From an uncultured Alphaproteobacteria bacterium (GTDB lineage: Bacteria > Electryoneota > RPQS01): 64,000 bases of DNA. Made by a program: the position numbers and the translations under genes. Below are positions 45,181 to 54,167 of the stretch, in pieces. Within the stretch, counting starts at the first letter, position 1; every line of letters begins with the position of its first letter. The DNA is taken from contig CAYORN010000002.1 in NCBI GenBank assembly GCA_964406405.1, forward strand, positions 64,161-128,160, written 5' to 3'. The notes under the pieces are model-generated. The model was not told the DNA's origin, did no database searches, and was given only the letters and a program-made list of their open reading frames with translations.

Positions 45181-47136
45181 ATGCGCCGCACGCTTTGGAT
45201 GCTGCTGCTGACGGCACTGATCGCACTCTCCGGAGCTTCGTTTGCCATCGAACGCTCGCAAATTGACAAGCTCTACACCTGGAAGACCTCGGACATTTAT
45301 CCCAATTTGGAGAAATGGGAAGCCGATGTCAAGGCATTGCGCGCGGAGATTGACAAATTGGCCGCCTACAAAGGTCGCTTTGCGGGTCCGGAGGCCAAGG
45401 ACCCGGTGAAAAGCCTGATCGAGTTCAACGCCTTGAGCCAAGAAGCCGAAAAGAAGCTTGATCGGGTCGGCAGCTACGTGTCCTATAGCCATGACGTGGA
45501 CTTGGCCGATGCGGCGTGGAGCGGCCGCGAGCAAACGCTTATGGATCTGTACACCGACTTCGGACAGAAGCTCGCGTGGGAAGAACCGGAGCTGCTGCTG
45601 ATTCCGCGTGAGACAATGATGAAATGGGTGGACGAGCATTCCGAACTTCAGCCGTACCGCAAAGAGTACGAAGACATGTACGCCTTGCAGGAGCACACGC
45701 TGAGCGAACCCGAGGAAAGAATTCTGGCGCTCTCCGGGAGGATCACCGGCACGGCGGGCAACGTATTCGAGAAGTTCACCGACGTGGACATGCGCTACGA
45801 TTCGATCCGCGACGAGAGCGGCAAGCTGGTGGAAGCGAGCGACGCCGGCTGGACGAGCTGGCGCGTGCATCAGGATCGCCGCGTGCGCGAGGATTATTTC
45901 AAGTCGGTGTGGGCGCAATATGACAAGTACGGCAACACGTTCGCCGAGATGATGGCCGGGAACATCAGCAAGGACATCTATCTGACCAAAGCGCGCAAGT
46001 ACAAGAACACGCTCGAACGCGCCCTCACACCGTCCTTCATTCCTGCCGACGTCTATATCAACCTCGTCAGTACAACGCGCCACAACACCGCGCCGTTCCA
46101 CAAGTATGATGCCCTGCGCAAGCGGCTCCTGAAGGTGGATCATTACCGACACTGGGACTACTATGTGAGCCTCGTGCCGGAAGACGAGACGCGCTTCAAG
46201 TGGGAAGAGAGCGTGGCGAAAGTCAAGGCAGCGCTGCAGCCGCTCGGCGCGGAGTATGTGAAGGACATCAGCTATGCGCTCGACCCGCACAACGGCTGGG
46301 TGGATCCCTATGCCAGCCAAGGCAAGCGCGGTGGGGCGTATTCCGGCTCGGCCTACGGCGTACATCCGTTCATGCTCTACAATTTCGATTATGAGAAGGG
46401 TCTCACGCTCGATGACGTAAGCACGATTGCGCACGAAGTCGGCCACGCAATGCACACATCCTACTCGGAAAAGAACCAGCCCTTCCCGACGCGAGATTAC
46501 GCCACGTTCAACGCCGAGGTCGCTTCGACGACGAACGAAACGTTGATGGCGATGAAGCTCTTGGACGAAGCGCGCACGGCTTACAAGCAGGCGAAGGGCA
46601 AGGACAAGGCCGCGGCCAAGCTGCGCTTGACGTATCTGCTCGAACAGAACATCAACGGCGTGCGCGACACGTACTATCGGCAGGTGATGTTTGCCACGTG
46701 GGAATGGGAAGCGCACCAGATGGGTGAGAAGGGCGAGCCAATGACCAAGGAGAGCTTCTCCAAACTCTACAGCGACCTGCTGAAAGAGTGGCACGGCCCG
46801 GCGGCGGAATACGAAGACATTTCCGGCATCACGTGGGCGCAGGTGCCGCATTTCTATCGCGGTTACTATGTCTATGCCTACGCGACGAGCTATGCTGCGG
46901 CGGTGGCGCTGGCCAACGACATCCGCGCCGAAGCCAACGGCGACAAAAAGCACAAGGGCGCGACGGCGAAGTATCTGGCCTATCTCAAGAGCGGTTCCTC
47001 CAAGCATCCGGTGGAACTATTGAAGGACGCCGGCGTGGACATGACCACTCCTGCGCCGATCGAATCGCTAATCGCGTACTTCTCCACGCTCGTGGATGAG
47101 CTGGATAAGCTGACGAAATCAACGCCGAAGAAGTAA
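45181..47136 (+). CDS. pepF: secreted M3-family oligoendopeptidase F (PepF-like)
   Basis: signal peptide MRRTLWMLLLTALIALSGASFA; zinc motif IAHEVGHAMH (HExxH); AAGGA RBS before ATG 45181. Confidence 0.85.
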   Translation: MRRTLWMLLLTALIALSGASFAIERSQIDKLYTWKTSDIYPNLEKWEADVKALRAEIDKLAAYKGRFAGPEAKDPVKSLIEFNALSQEAEKKLDRVGSYVSYSHDVDLADAAWSGREQTLMDLYTDFGQKLAWEEPELLLIPRETMMKWVDEHSELQPYRKEYEDMYALQEHTLSEPEERILALSGRITGTAGNVFEKFTDVDMRYDSIRDESGKLVEASDAGWTSWRVHQDRRVREDYFKSVWAQYDKYGNTFAEMMAGNISKDIYLTKARKYKNTLERALTPSFIPADVYINLVSTTRHNTAPFHKYDALRKRLLKVDHYRHWDYYVSLVPEDETRFKWEESVAKVKAALQPLGAEYVKDISYALDPHNGWVDPYASQGKRGGAYSGSAYGVHPFMLYNFDYEKGLTLDDVSTIAHEVGHAMHTSYSEKNQPFPTRDYATFNAEVASTTNETLMAMKLLDEARTAYKQAKGKDKAAAKLRLTYLLEQNINGVRDTYYRQVMFATWEWEAHQMGEKGEPMTKESFSKLYSDLLKEWHGPAAEYEDISGITWAQVPHFYRGYYVYAYATSYAAAVALANDIRAEANGDKKHKGATAKYLAYLKSGSSKHPVELLKDAGVDMTTPAPIESLIAYFSTLVDELDKLTKSTPKK

Positions 47137-47206
47137 CTGCAGCATGTTAGCCCGGAGAGTGCTTCGGCACTTCGGGTAACATCGGAGAGTGCTGCGGCGC
47201 TCCGAT

Positions 47207-48469
47207 CTAATTGGGCGGCCTGTGGGGCCGCCCAATTCCTTTGGGCTTAGCCCGGCCACTTTTAGACTTCTTGCCTTCGCCACTTGCATTTGAGGAAAGT
47301 GCCTTAAACAAGGTGTCTGTACGCGCAAAGAATACGTCCCAATTGGCTCGCCATTTACCTTCATTTCGTGTGACCTTCAGCAATTCTGCCAGGCGGGGAC
47401 CTGTTTCCTCCCATAAGCCGCGATAAGACGACCATTGACGCGAGCATCCTCCGCACGTCACAAGGACCTTTTGCCCGCCCGACTTAAACTCAATATCAAT
47501 ATGTGTCTCCCCGCATTCAGGGCAACGCATATCATATTCACTACATGTCTGCTCCAGTTCCTCCAAGCTAACCAATTCTAAACGCCGCACGTGAGGGCGG
47601 ACCTTATGGTACCCTTCGCTTACCGGATTGTGTCTTATGTGCTGGTGTACAATCGTGAAATATCTTGTCTTGATTTCACCCCATATCCGTTCATGTCCGG
47701 CCTGTGGTTCAATTGAGTGGTGAAAATCACAGAGTGTAACCAAGTTTGACGGCGTGTGTTCCCCTCCCTGCGAGACAGGAAGCTTATGGTGAATATGTTT
47801 GGGAACTCTCGAAGGACATCCGGTTACTTGGCATCTCTGGTCATCTCTGTCAAGAACGATTTGTCTAAGATAGCCCCAAAATGGCGGGTAGCCTGGCCAG
47901 TTGTCGAACACGTGCATGACCTTAAGGTCCGTCCCAGACAATACTGCCTCGGGATCATGAAAGTGTCTAAGCGTGGGCTCAAGTGGCGGTACATAAATCT
48001 CATTCCACCGCCTTAGTCTCCTTACATGAATATTCCCTAACGCAAGAGCTACGCAAGAGACAACAACCGGGACAAAAAAGAGCCACCAGTGAACAAATAG
48101 TAGCAATAATAATCCAGCGGCAAGTATTCCTACCAAATTGGATGTTTTGTTAAATGGGCAATTGTGTCTAAAGGTGTCCCTGGCGAGTCGGTGAGCTTCT
48201 TTCTCCTTGAGATATTCGCGCCAGAGTTTTTCGTACTTCTCTGGATAAGTGATAGATGCTATCTTCTGAAAACAAGTCTCGCAGAGAAATGATTTATCAT
48301 TAAGTGAAAGTCCAGCGTTTCTGTTTGCGTCACAAAATAAGCACTTTGTTCCTACACTGGACACTTGATGATCTGCGTCGACTTCAGCCCGCTTGATGAG
48401 CTTGCCTACATCCACTTGCGACAAAAATTGTTTGGGATTATATAATGAATGCCAGCGTTCTATTGACAT
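47207..48469 (-). CDS. membrane-anchored HNH endonuclease with N- and C-terminal zinc ribbons (Zn-ribbon/2TM/HNH/Zn-ribbon), low-GC island
   Basis: CLFCDANRN...CETC; two TM (LVGILAAGLLLLLFVHWWLFFVPVVVSCVALALG); HNH core CQVTGC...HIHH...GGEHTPSNLVTLCDFHH; CPECG...CGGC; G+C visibly about 50%. Confidence 0.6.
   Translation of the reverse strand: MSIERWHSLYNPKQFLSQVDVGKLIKRAEVDADHQVSSVGTKCLFCDANRNAGLSLNDKSFLCETCFQKIASITYPEKYEKLWREYLKEKEAHRLARDTFRHNCPFNKTSNLVGILAAGLLLLLFVHWWLFFVPVVVSCVALALGNIHVRRLRRWNEIYVPPLEPTLRHFHDPEAVLSGTDLKVMHVFDNWPGYPPFWGYLRQIVLDRDDQRCQVTGCPSRVPKHIHHKLPVSQGGEHTPSNLVTLCDFHHSIEPQAGHERIWGEIKTRYFTIVHQHIRHNPVSEGYHKVRPHVRRLELVSLEELEQTCSEYDMRCPECGETHIDIEFKSGGQKVLVTCGGCSRQWSSYRGLWEETGPRLAELLKVTRNEGKWRANWDVFFARTDTLFKALSSNASGEGKKSKSGRAKPKGIGRPHRPPN
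47209..47237. terminator. 12-bp perfect hairpin (bidirectional terminator candidate) overlapping the 3' codons of the HNH gene
   Basis: AATTGGGCGGCC-TGTGG-GGCCGCCCAATT; preceded by two ~24-nt hairpin units (GGAGAGTGCTTCGGCACTTCGG / GGAGAGTGCTGCGGCGCTCCG). Confidence 0.45.
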
Positions 48470-48568
48470 CTTGCACCTGTAATCATCGCTGGGTTATGAT
48501 CCGATCAGCCAAGACACCCACAAAGGCGTGGTCGAACATGTCTGACCAAATTTTTCGAATTGCGTTTG

Positions 48569-48690
48569 TCATAACGTCCGCAGCTCACTCTTCGGATAAT
48601 AATGTTCCAGAATCCCCTCCACACTCTTCCCCGCCTTCGCCATGGCGCGATAGCCGGCAAGTCCTTGAAGGAGCGTCCATGACCACCTGA
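48569..48690 (-). pseudogene. 3'-terminal relic of a SpoIID/LytB-like gene (about 40 codons)
   Basis: minus-strand translation ...LLQGLAGYRAMAKAGKSVEGILEHYYPKSELRTL* matches the C-terminus ...LCQLGAAAMAKAGRSVESILEHYYPHSELREL* of 49760..51343; coordinates approximate. Confidence 0.4.
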
Positions 48691-49028
48691 TCTTCACATC
48701 TCCAGATTAGCAGATCCGGCGTTCATCGTTCAAAGCCTGCACTGGACACCGTCTGCGGGAGTCCAGTGTTCCGCGTTCATCGTTTCGGCAATTCCTCTCT
48801 TTTCGCATTGCTGACTTTTCCGATCCGATTGCAAGTGCAAGGTCAGTTTTGCGTATCCAGAATCGGCATCGGCAATTACCCCAAAAGAAACCTTTTCCCT
48901 TCCTCCCGCGTCCAACCCTTAGCCCACCACCTTGTCATTCTGAAGGCCATTCCGATGGCCTGAAGAATCTCAGCCCCCGTGCCTAGCCTCAGTCTTCTCC
49001 CCGATTATCCCGTCATAGCCTCGAAGCT

Positions 49029-49060
49029 GAGATCCTTCCCGCAGACGGTCAGGATGACAA
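49029..49060. repeat. REP-like element E, degenerate copy 3
   Basis: gagatccttcccgcagacggtcaggatgacaa. Confidence 0.6.
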
Positions 49061-49759
49061 TTGCAACAGCACACGGCCGTGTGCATCTACCTTCTCTACC
49101 TTCCTCTTTCCTACTTCTCATTTCCTATCTTCTTCTTCCGCCGCTAAACCGGACATCCCGAGACCCCCGGTTCTTCTCTTCAATAGAGCACCAGCGCCAG
49201 GACCAGCCGAATGTGGAGCAATCCGCTAAGCCCCTGCTGTCTGGCAACATGAACCGGGGCATCCTCTCTTCTCCCTTTCTCCACTCACACCATCAGTGAA
49301 TCAATAATCCACGAATTCCGGCTTTACCTTCCCCCATACGAATGGGGGAAGAATCAAAGAAGGGGGTGGGGAAAGGGCCGGGGATAGGGGTTCACCATCT
49401 CTCGACATGGCAAGCCGGAGGCCCCAGGGCTGTGCCTGCTCACAGCCGACCGAAAACTGGCATGACGGAACGAAGAACGGCAAAAATCAAGAATTGAATC
49501 CGACTTCATTTTTTAATTTTCGATTTTTGTCTGGCAGGCTCTGATCCCAAGAACGTTTGGGGACCTGCGGATGGACGACAATATCATGTCGGACGTCCCG
49601 CCCGCAGGGGTTTCACGAAATCAAAATGAAATGGAAGCATGTTGGCTTGTCGGATTGTCCGCTTGTCGGCATGTTCCTGCATACGTCCGGCTATATCTTG
49701 TTTCACACAAGACGAACGGCTATTTGACAATTGAAAACAACGGGCGATGCAATCGGCCC

Positions 49760-51343
49760 CTACAACTCCCTCAACTCGGAGTGTGGATAATAGTGTTCGA
49801 GAATACTCTCCACACTCCGCCCCGCTTTTGCCATGGCCGCCGCGCCTAATTGGCAGAGGCCGACGCCGTGGCCCCACCCGCCGCCCGTCAAGGTGATCGT
49901 GTCGCCGTGGATGTCGAAGACGAAGAACGACGAGGGCAGGTGCGATGACGAGAGTGCGCGTCGGATGTTGAGTTCGCCATAGATCACGAAGGAGGCTGAT
50001 CTGCCGACAATTTCCAGGACGAGAATACGCCCTGAGGACCCGCGGCGCTTGACGTGCAGCGATTTGATCGCACCGACTTTTGTGCCGGTTTTGCTCGCGA
50101 TCAATTCGCCCAATTCCGCGCACGAATAGGTGCGTTGCCAGCGGAAGAGCGGGTCTGTGTCCCACGGCTCGGGATAGGGAAACAGCTTGTCGTTGCACCA
50201 CGCCGGCGGATGCGAGAGCACGAACGCGCGCGCATGCTCCTCGTCCGTCAAATCGAGCACGGGGAACTCGCCGCACGCGCGTACCGCGAAATACGCCGGC
50301 CCTTCGTCACCCCACGCTTCTTCATAAAGTTCGCTCACGCCGCCGCAGGACTTCGCATACCTCGCGTCTACGACGCGGGGAAAGGATGAAGGATGAAGGA
50401 TGAAGGATGAAGCAGACCCCCCTTTTGTCCCCCCACTAAGGTAGGGGGAGACTAAGACTTTTCCGGCGGAATCACGAATCGGAGCCACAACTGCGTTGGC
50501 TTCACGATACGTACCTTGATAACACTGGCAGTGATCGTCGTTGCAGAGATCGAAGCCGTCGGCGCGGTGATGGCGGCCCGCCGTGGCGAGCACCGTGGAA
50601 CGCGCGGCAATCGCCTGCGCCTGCGAGAAGGCCGGCGGCAAATCGGAACGCATCTCGCTGCCGACCGCGCTCTCAAGGTACATTTCGAGCGGCAGAATAT
50701 TGACCGCCGTGAGATCGTGCCCCTGCGGCTGAAAGAGTTTCAACGAACCGCGATATTCGAGCTGCTCCTTGTGCTCCCAATGAAAGCCGCGGCCGATCGG
50801 CACGTCGTAGAGCCAGAACACCGCAACGTCGTTCAGCGGCCGCGTGCGCACCTCGAGCACTTTCGCGGAAAAATCGCCGAGCGTAAATTCGAAGTACTCG
50901 GCAGGCTTGGCTTCATTCAGCTTGACGACGGTGAAGCCGAGTACGTTCAGCTCGTGGCGCGCACGCAGCACCTCCATCACGTTGGCAGCGTGCTCGGGCG
51001 AATTGACGCGCACGGTCGGCCACCAGACGCGGTTGTCGAGCGTGCCGTTGGGCGTTTCCCATTGCCGCCCGGCTTCGAGCATCAAGAGATCCTCGTTGGC
51101 CGCGAGATCGCCAACGAAGGAAAGCGTGCGCTCGGCATGTTCACGCGAGAGCGATTCGGCCAAACGCAAACCATAGCTCTCGTTGGGTTCGCTGGTCACC
51201 GCGTGAGCTTCGAAATATCCGGCAATCTGGTCGAATTTCAAACTGCGGCAGCAATCCGTGATGCAGATCACTTCGTGATCGCAGATCAGTTCGCCGCGGA
51301 TGTGCGGCTCTTCCCAGAGCAGGCCGATGGAAACGGAAAGCAT
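49760..51343 (-). CDS. SpoIID/LytB-domain protein (amidase-enhancer-like) with in-frame repeat insertion
   Basis: LPLEMYLESAVGSEM...AQAIAARSTVL...HHRADGFDLCNDDHCQCYQG (SpoIID domain); ...ARYAKSCGGVSE; start taken at MLSVSIG (51343) because upstream in-frame codons are repeat-derived. Confidence 0.7.
   Translation of the reverse strand: MLSVSIGLLWEEPHIRGELICDHEVICITDCCRSLKFDQIAGYFEAHAVTSEPNESYGLRLAESLSREHAERTLSFVGDLAANEDLLMLEAGRQWETPNGTLDNRVWWPTVRVNSPEHAANVMEVLRARHELNVLGFTVVKLNEAKPAEYFEFTLGDFSAKVLEVRTRPLNDVAVFWLYDVPIGRGFHWEHKEQLEYRGSLKLFQPQGHDLTAVNILPLEMYLESAVGSEMRSDLPPAFSQAQAIAARSTVLATAGRHHRADGFDLCNDDHCQCYQGTYREANAVVAPIRDSAGKVLVSPYLSGGTKGGSASSFILHPSSFPRVVDARYAKSCGGVSELYEEAWGDEGPAYFAVRACGEFPVLDLTDEEHARAFVLSHPPAWCNDKLFPYPEPWDTDPLFRWQRTYSCAELGELIASKTGTKVGAIKSLHVKRRGSSGRILVLEIVGRSASFVIYGELNIRRALSSSHLPSSFFVFDIHGDTITLTGGGWGHGVGLCQLGAAAMAKAGRSVESILEHYYPHSELREL
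50383..50449. repeat. composite GGATGAA heptads + poly-C hairpin P, in-frame within the spoIID-like gene
   Basis: ggatgaaggatgaaggatgaaggatgaagcagaccccccttttgtccccccactaaggtaggggg read on minus strand as SPYLSGGTKGGSASSFILHPSSFP. Confidence 0.75.
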
Positions 51344-51387
51344 AGAGAAAATTGAAAAATGAAAATCGAAAATTGTCGTCTTTTTGT

Positions 51388-51497
51388 TTGTCATCCTTGA
51401 ACGAAGCGCGTCTGCGCGCGTAGTGAAGGATCTCTCCGGGCAACAATCTGAAGCAGAGAGATCCTTCAGCCCGAAGACGGGCTTCAAGGATGACAAG
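51388..51497. repeat. inverted pair of REP-like E elements flanking a 23-nt spacer
   Basis: ttgtcatccttgaacgaagcgcgtctgcgcgcgtagtgaaggatctc ... gagatccttcagcccgaagacgggcttcaaggatgacaag; preceded by A-rich heptads gaaaaattgaaaaatgaaaatcgaaaattg. Confidence 0.65.
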
Positions 51498-51505
51498 AAA
51501 CCAAT

Positions 51506-52258
51506 CTATTGCGTTAGTGCATACGCAAATACCGCGGCGGCGGTGACGAGGTTCAGGCTCTCGGCGTCGCCGTGGGGGTCGAGAGTGAGTTTGTGGGAGC
51601 AGGCGGCTTCAATTTCTTCTGAAAGACCGCGAGTTTCGTGGCCGAGGACGAGCAGCACGGGCGAGGGTAGTTTGGGCTTTGCGCGCAATGATTCGCCGCC
51701 GCGCGCGACCGTGGCGACCGTGGCGCCGTCCCAGTTCTCGATCAGTTCTAGCAGCTCGACGTCGGCGCGCACGGGCTGATGAAAGATCGAACCCATCGAG
51801 CCGCGCACGACCTTTTCGTTCCACACGTCGGCGGAGTCGGAGCCGAGATAGAGTTCGCTCGCGCCGAAAAAATCGGCGACGCGGATCAGCGCGCCGCAAT
51901 TGCCGGGATCGGAAACCTGCTCGCAGGCGATGGCGAATTTGGTTTTGCGCGCGGGGAGCGAAAACATGCGGCCCACGGCAACGATGCCCTGACTGGCTTC
52001 GACTTTGGAGACACGCTGAAACGCGTCCGTGGGCAGCATGTACTGCGGGACATTTGCCGCACCGGCGAGCAGTTCGTCCCAGCGTTCGGCTTCGGTGGAG
52101 AGCACGAGTAGCGCTTCGAGCCGGGCGCGGGCTTTCAATGCTTCGCGCGTGCAGACCTCGCCTTCGATCAGAAACAGCCCGCGTTCACGCCGCGCGCGCT
52201 TCTGCCCGAGCCGCGCCCAGTCGGCGAGTTGGGATTTGGTAGGAGAAAGAAGTTCCAT
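51506..52258 (-). CDS. TrmH/SpoU-family RNA 2'-O-methyltransferase
   Basis: 250 aa; LFLIEGEVCTREAL; SPOUT motifs VSDPGNCGALIRVADFFGA, LVLGHETRGLS. Confidence 0.8.
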   Translation of the reverse strand: MELLSPTKSQLADWARLGQKRARRERGLFLIEGEVCTREALKARARLEALLVLSTEAERWDELLAGAANVPQYMLPTDAFQRVSKVEASQGIVAVGRMFSLPARKTKFAIACEQVSDPGNCGALIRVADFFGASELYLGSDSADVWNEKVVRGSMGSIFHQPVRADVELLELIENWDGATVATVARGGESLRAKPKLPSPVLLVLGHETRGLSEEIEAACSHKLTLDPHGDAESLNLVTAAAVFAYALTQ

Positions 52259-52279
52259 CAGATGTTATTGTAGAACCAC

Positions 52280-52372
52280 CCCTTGTGGGTGGTCTGGTGA
52301 TAGACCCTGTGATTGTGACACAAATGTCTTAGACGCTCGCGCTGTCCTGCAAACACCCACAAGGGGTGTTCC
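52280..52372. repeat. pair of mutually reverse-complementary hairpins (CACCCCTTGTGGGTG / CACCCACAAGGGGTG)
   Basis: accaccccttgtgggtggtct at about 52280 and acacccacaaggggtgttc at about 52356, 55-nt spacer; between trmH start and SSS stop. Confidence 0.5.
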
Positions 52373-52390
52373 TACAAAAGAAACGAGACA

Positions 52391-54064
52391 TCAGGTTGTC
52401 CTCAAATACCCTTCTTTCCACAAGCCCCACGCGCCGACGATGGAAATGGCGCACCAGATGGCGGCGGGGATGGGGTTCAAGAGCAGAAAATAGCCGAGGC
52501 CGATCGTCAATCCAATCACGAAAGCGAGACCGTAGAACCAGCCGATGAGCGGCTTGCTGACGGAAGCGGCCTGCGGCACGATTTGTCCGTTCGCTCGGCC
52601 CCATTGGCGCACCGGCTCCCAGCGGCCAATCGGTTTCGTGCGCTGATAGAATTCCATCAGGTTTTTTAGCGGCGCGGGCTTGGTCAAGAATGTCACGGTG
52701 ATCCAGACGGCAGCGCTGCCAAAGGTGATAAACGCGAGCTTGGCGCCGAAGGGAAGGTCGGGAAAGACATAGGGAATGCCGAGCGTAATCACCGATGACG
52801 CAATCATGGCGCTGATTTCGCTCCACGCGTTGATCCGCCACCAGAACCAGCGCAGAATGTACACCGGGCCGGTGCCGGAACCAAAAGCAATGATAAACTT
52901 GAACGCGTCGGTGACAGACTCCGTGAACCACGCGGCCAGCCCCGCGCAGATGAGCACGACAAACGTGGCCACCATGCTCGCGCGGATGTAATGGCGCTCG
53001 CTTTTGTGCTTGACGAAGACGCTGCGGTAGAAATCGTGAACGAGATAGCTCGCGCCCCAGTTCAATTGCGTCGAGATCGTGCTCATGAACGCGGCCAAGA
53101 GCGAAGCTACCATCAATCCCTTCAAGCCGAACGGCAGAATCTCCATCATCAGCCGCGGGTAAGCCATTTCGGGATCGTCAATCGTGGGATAGATGACCAT
53201 GGACACGAGCGCGACGAGGACCCACGGCCACGTGCGAAACGCGAGGTTCGTCAGGCTGTACCAGAGCGTAGCGAGAAGCGCGTGCTGCTCGTTTTTGCAG
53301 GAGTTCTGCTTCTGAATCACCTTACCGCCGCCGTCGGAATTCACGTTCGCCCACCAGGTCATTGAGACATAGACCATGAAGCCGATGAACGCCGGCGTCC
53401 AGAAGTCCGCCGAGAAAATCGAACCCGCGCCGGGGGAGGGAGTCATCGCCACGACGTCCGGCTTCGTAATCACCGCCGCGAGGTTGTCCTTGAGCGCTTG
53501 CAGCCCGCCGACATGGTTCACGGCGTAAACGGCGAAGATGATCGCACCGCCCTGCATGATCACGTACTGCACGAGATCGGTGAGCGCCACGCCCCATTGC
53601 CCGGCGAGCAGCGTGTACATGAACGCGAGGCCGGTGAAGATGAGGATGGCCGCCGGTTTGTCGAGGCCGACGGAGACGTTCATGATCTTGTACATGGCGA
53701 GAATCACCCAGCCCATCGCGATCACGTTGATCGGCAGCGCGAGCCAGAGCGCGCGGAACGTGCGCAGGCCCGTGGATTCCGGCCCGTCGCCGTAGCGCAA
53801 TTGCGTGAGTTCTACGTCCGTGAGCACTTTCGCGCGTCGCCACAGCGGCGCGAGAAAGAAGGTGGCGAAGAGCGAGCCGATCCCGAAGCACCACCATTGC
53901 CAGTTCTCGTAGATCCCCGCCGTGCGCACGAGTTTGGTGACGTAAAGCGGAGTGTCGCAGGAGAAAGACGTGGCGACCATCGTGGTGCCGGCGATCCACC
54001 ACGGCAAAGCCCGCCCCGCAAGAAAATATTCTTCCGTGGAGCGGTGTGCGCGCTTGGTCATCAC
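52391..54064 (-). CDS. sodium:solute symporter (SSS family); true N-terminal TM1 probably encoded upstream without a canonical start
   Basis: EEYFLAGRALPWWIAGTTMVATSFS; about 13 TM; upstream in-frame codons after TAA encode TQAFLISNLSSLDWAIIIAYNVISLIVGL (classical SSS TM1) with no ATG/GTG/TTG. Confidence 0.8.
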   Translation of the reverse strand: MMTKRAHRSTEEYFLAGRALPWWIAGTTMVATSFSCDTPLYVTKLVRTAGIYENWQWWCFGIGSLFATFFLAPLWRRAKVLTDVELTQLRYGDGPESTGLRTFRALWLALPINVIAMGWVILAMYKIMNVSVGLDKPAAILIFTGLAFMYTLLAGQWGVALTDLVQYVIMQGGAIIFAVYAVNHVGGLQALKDNLAAVITKPDVVAMTPSPGAGSIFSADFWTPAFIGFMVYVSMTWWANVNSDGGGKVIQKQNSCKNEQHALLATLWYSLTNLAFRTWPWVLVALVSMVIYPTIDDPEMAYPRLMMEILPFGLKGLMVASLLAAFMSTISTQLNWGASYLVHDFYRSVFVKHKSERHYIRASMVATFVVLICAGLAAWFTESVTDAFKFIIAFGSGTGPVYILRWFWWRINAWSEISAMIASSVITLGIPYVFPDLPFGAKLAFITFGSAAVWITVTFLTKPAPLKNLMEFYQRTKPIGRWEPVRQWGRANGQIVPQAASVSKPLIGWFYGLAFVIGLTIGLGYFLLLNPIPAAIWCAISIVGAWGLWKEGYLRTT

Positions 54065-54167
54065 CAGCCCGACGATCAGGCTGATGACGTTGTAGGCGAT
54101 GATGATCGCCCAGTCGAGGGAGGAGAGGTTAGAAATGAGAAATGCCTGTGTTTATCTATGAACTGAA

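Noticed and set aside
45109-47007. 632-aa ORF on the minus strand
   Set aside because: Antisense to the M3 oligoendopeptidase gene, whose HEVGH zinc motif and signal peptide identify the plus strand as coding. Long antisense ORFs are expected at this GC content.
51344-51496. N-terminal 51 codons of the ORF-track SpoIID prediction (MSSLKPVFGLKDLSAS...)
   Set aside because: This stretch is a translation of REP-like E elements and A-rich heptads. Start reassigned to ATG 51343.
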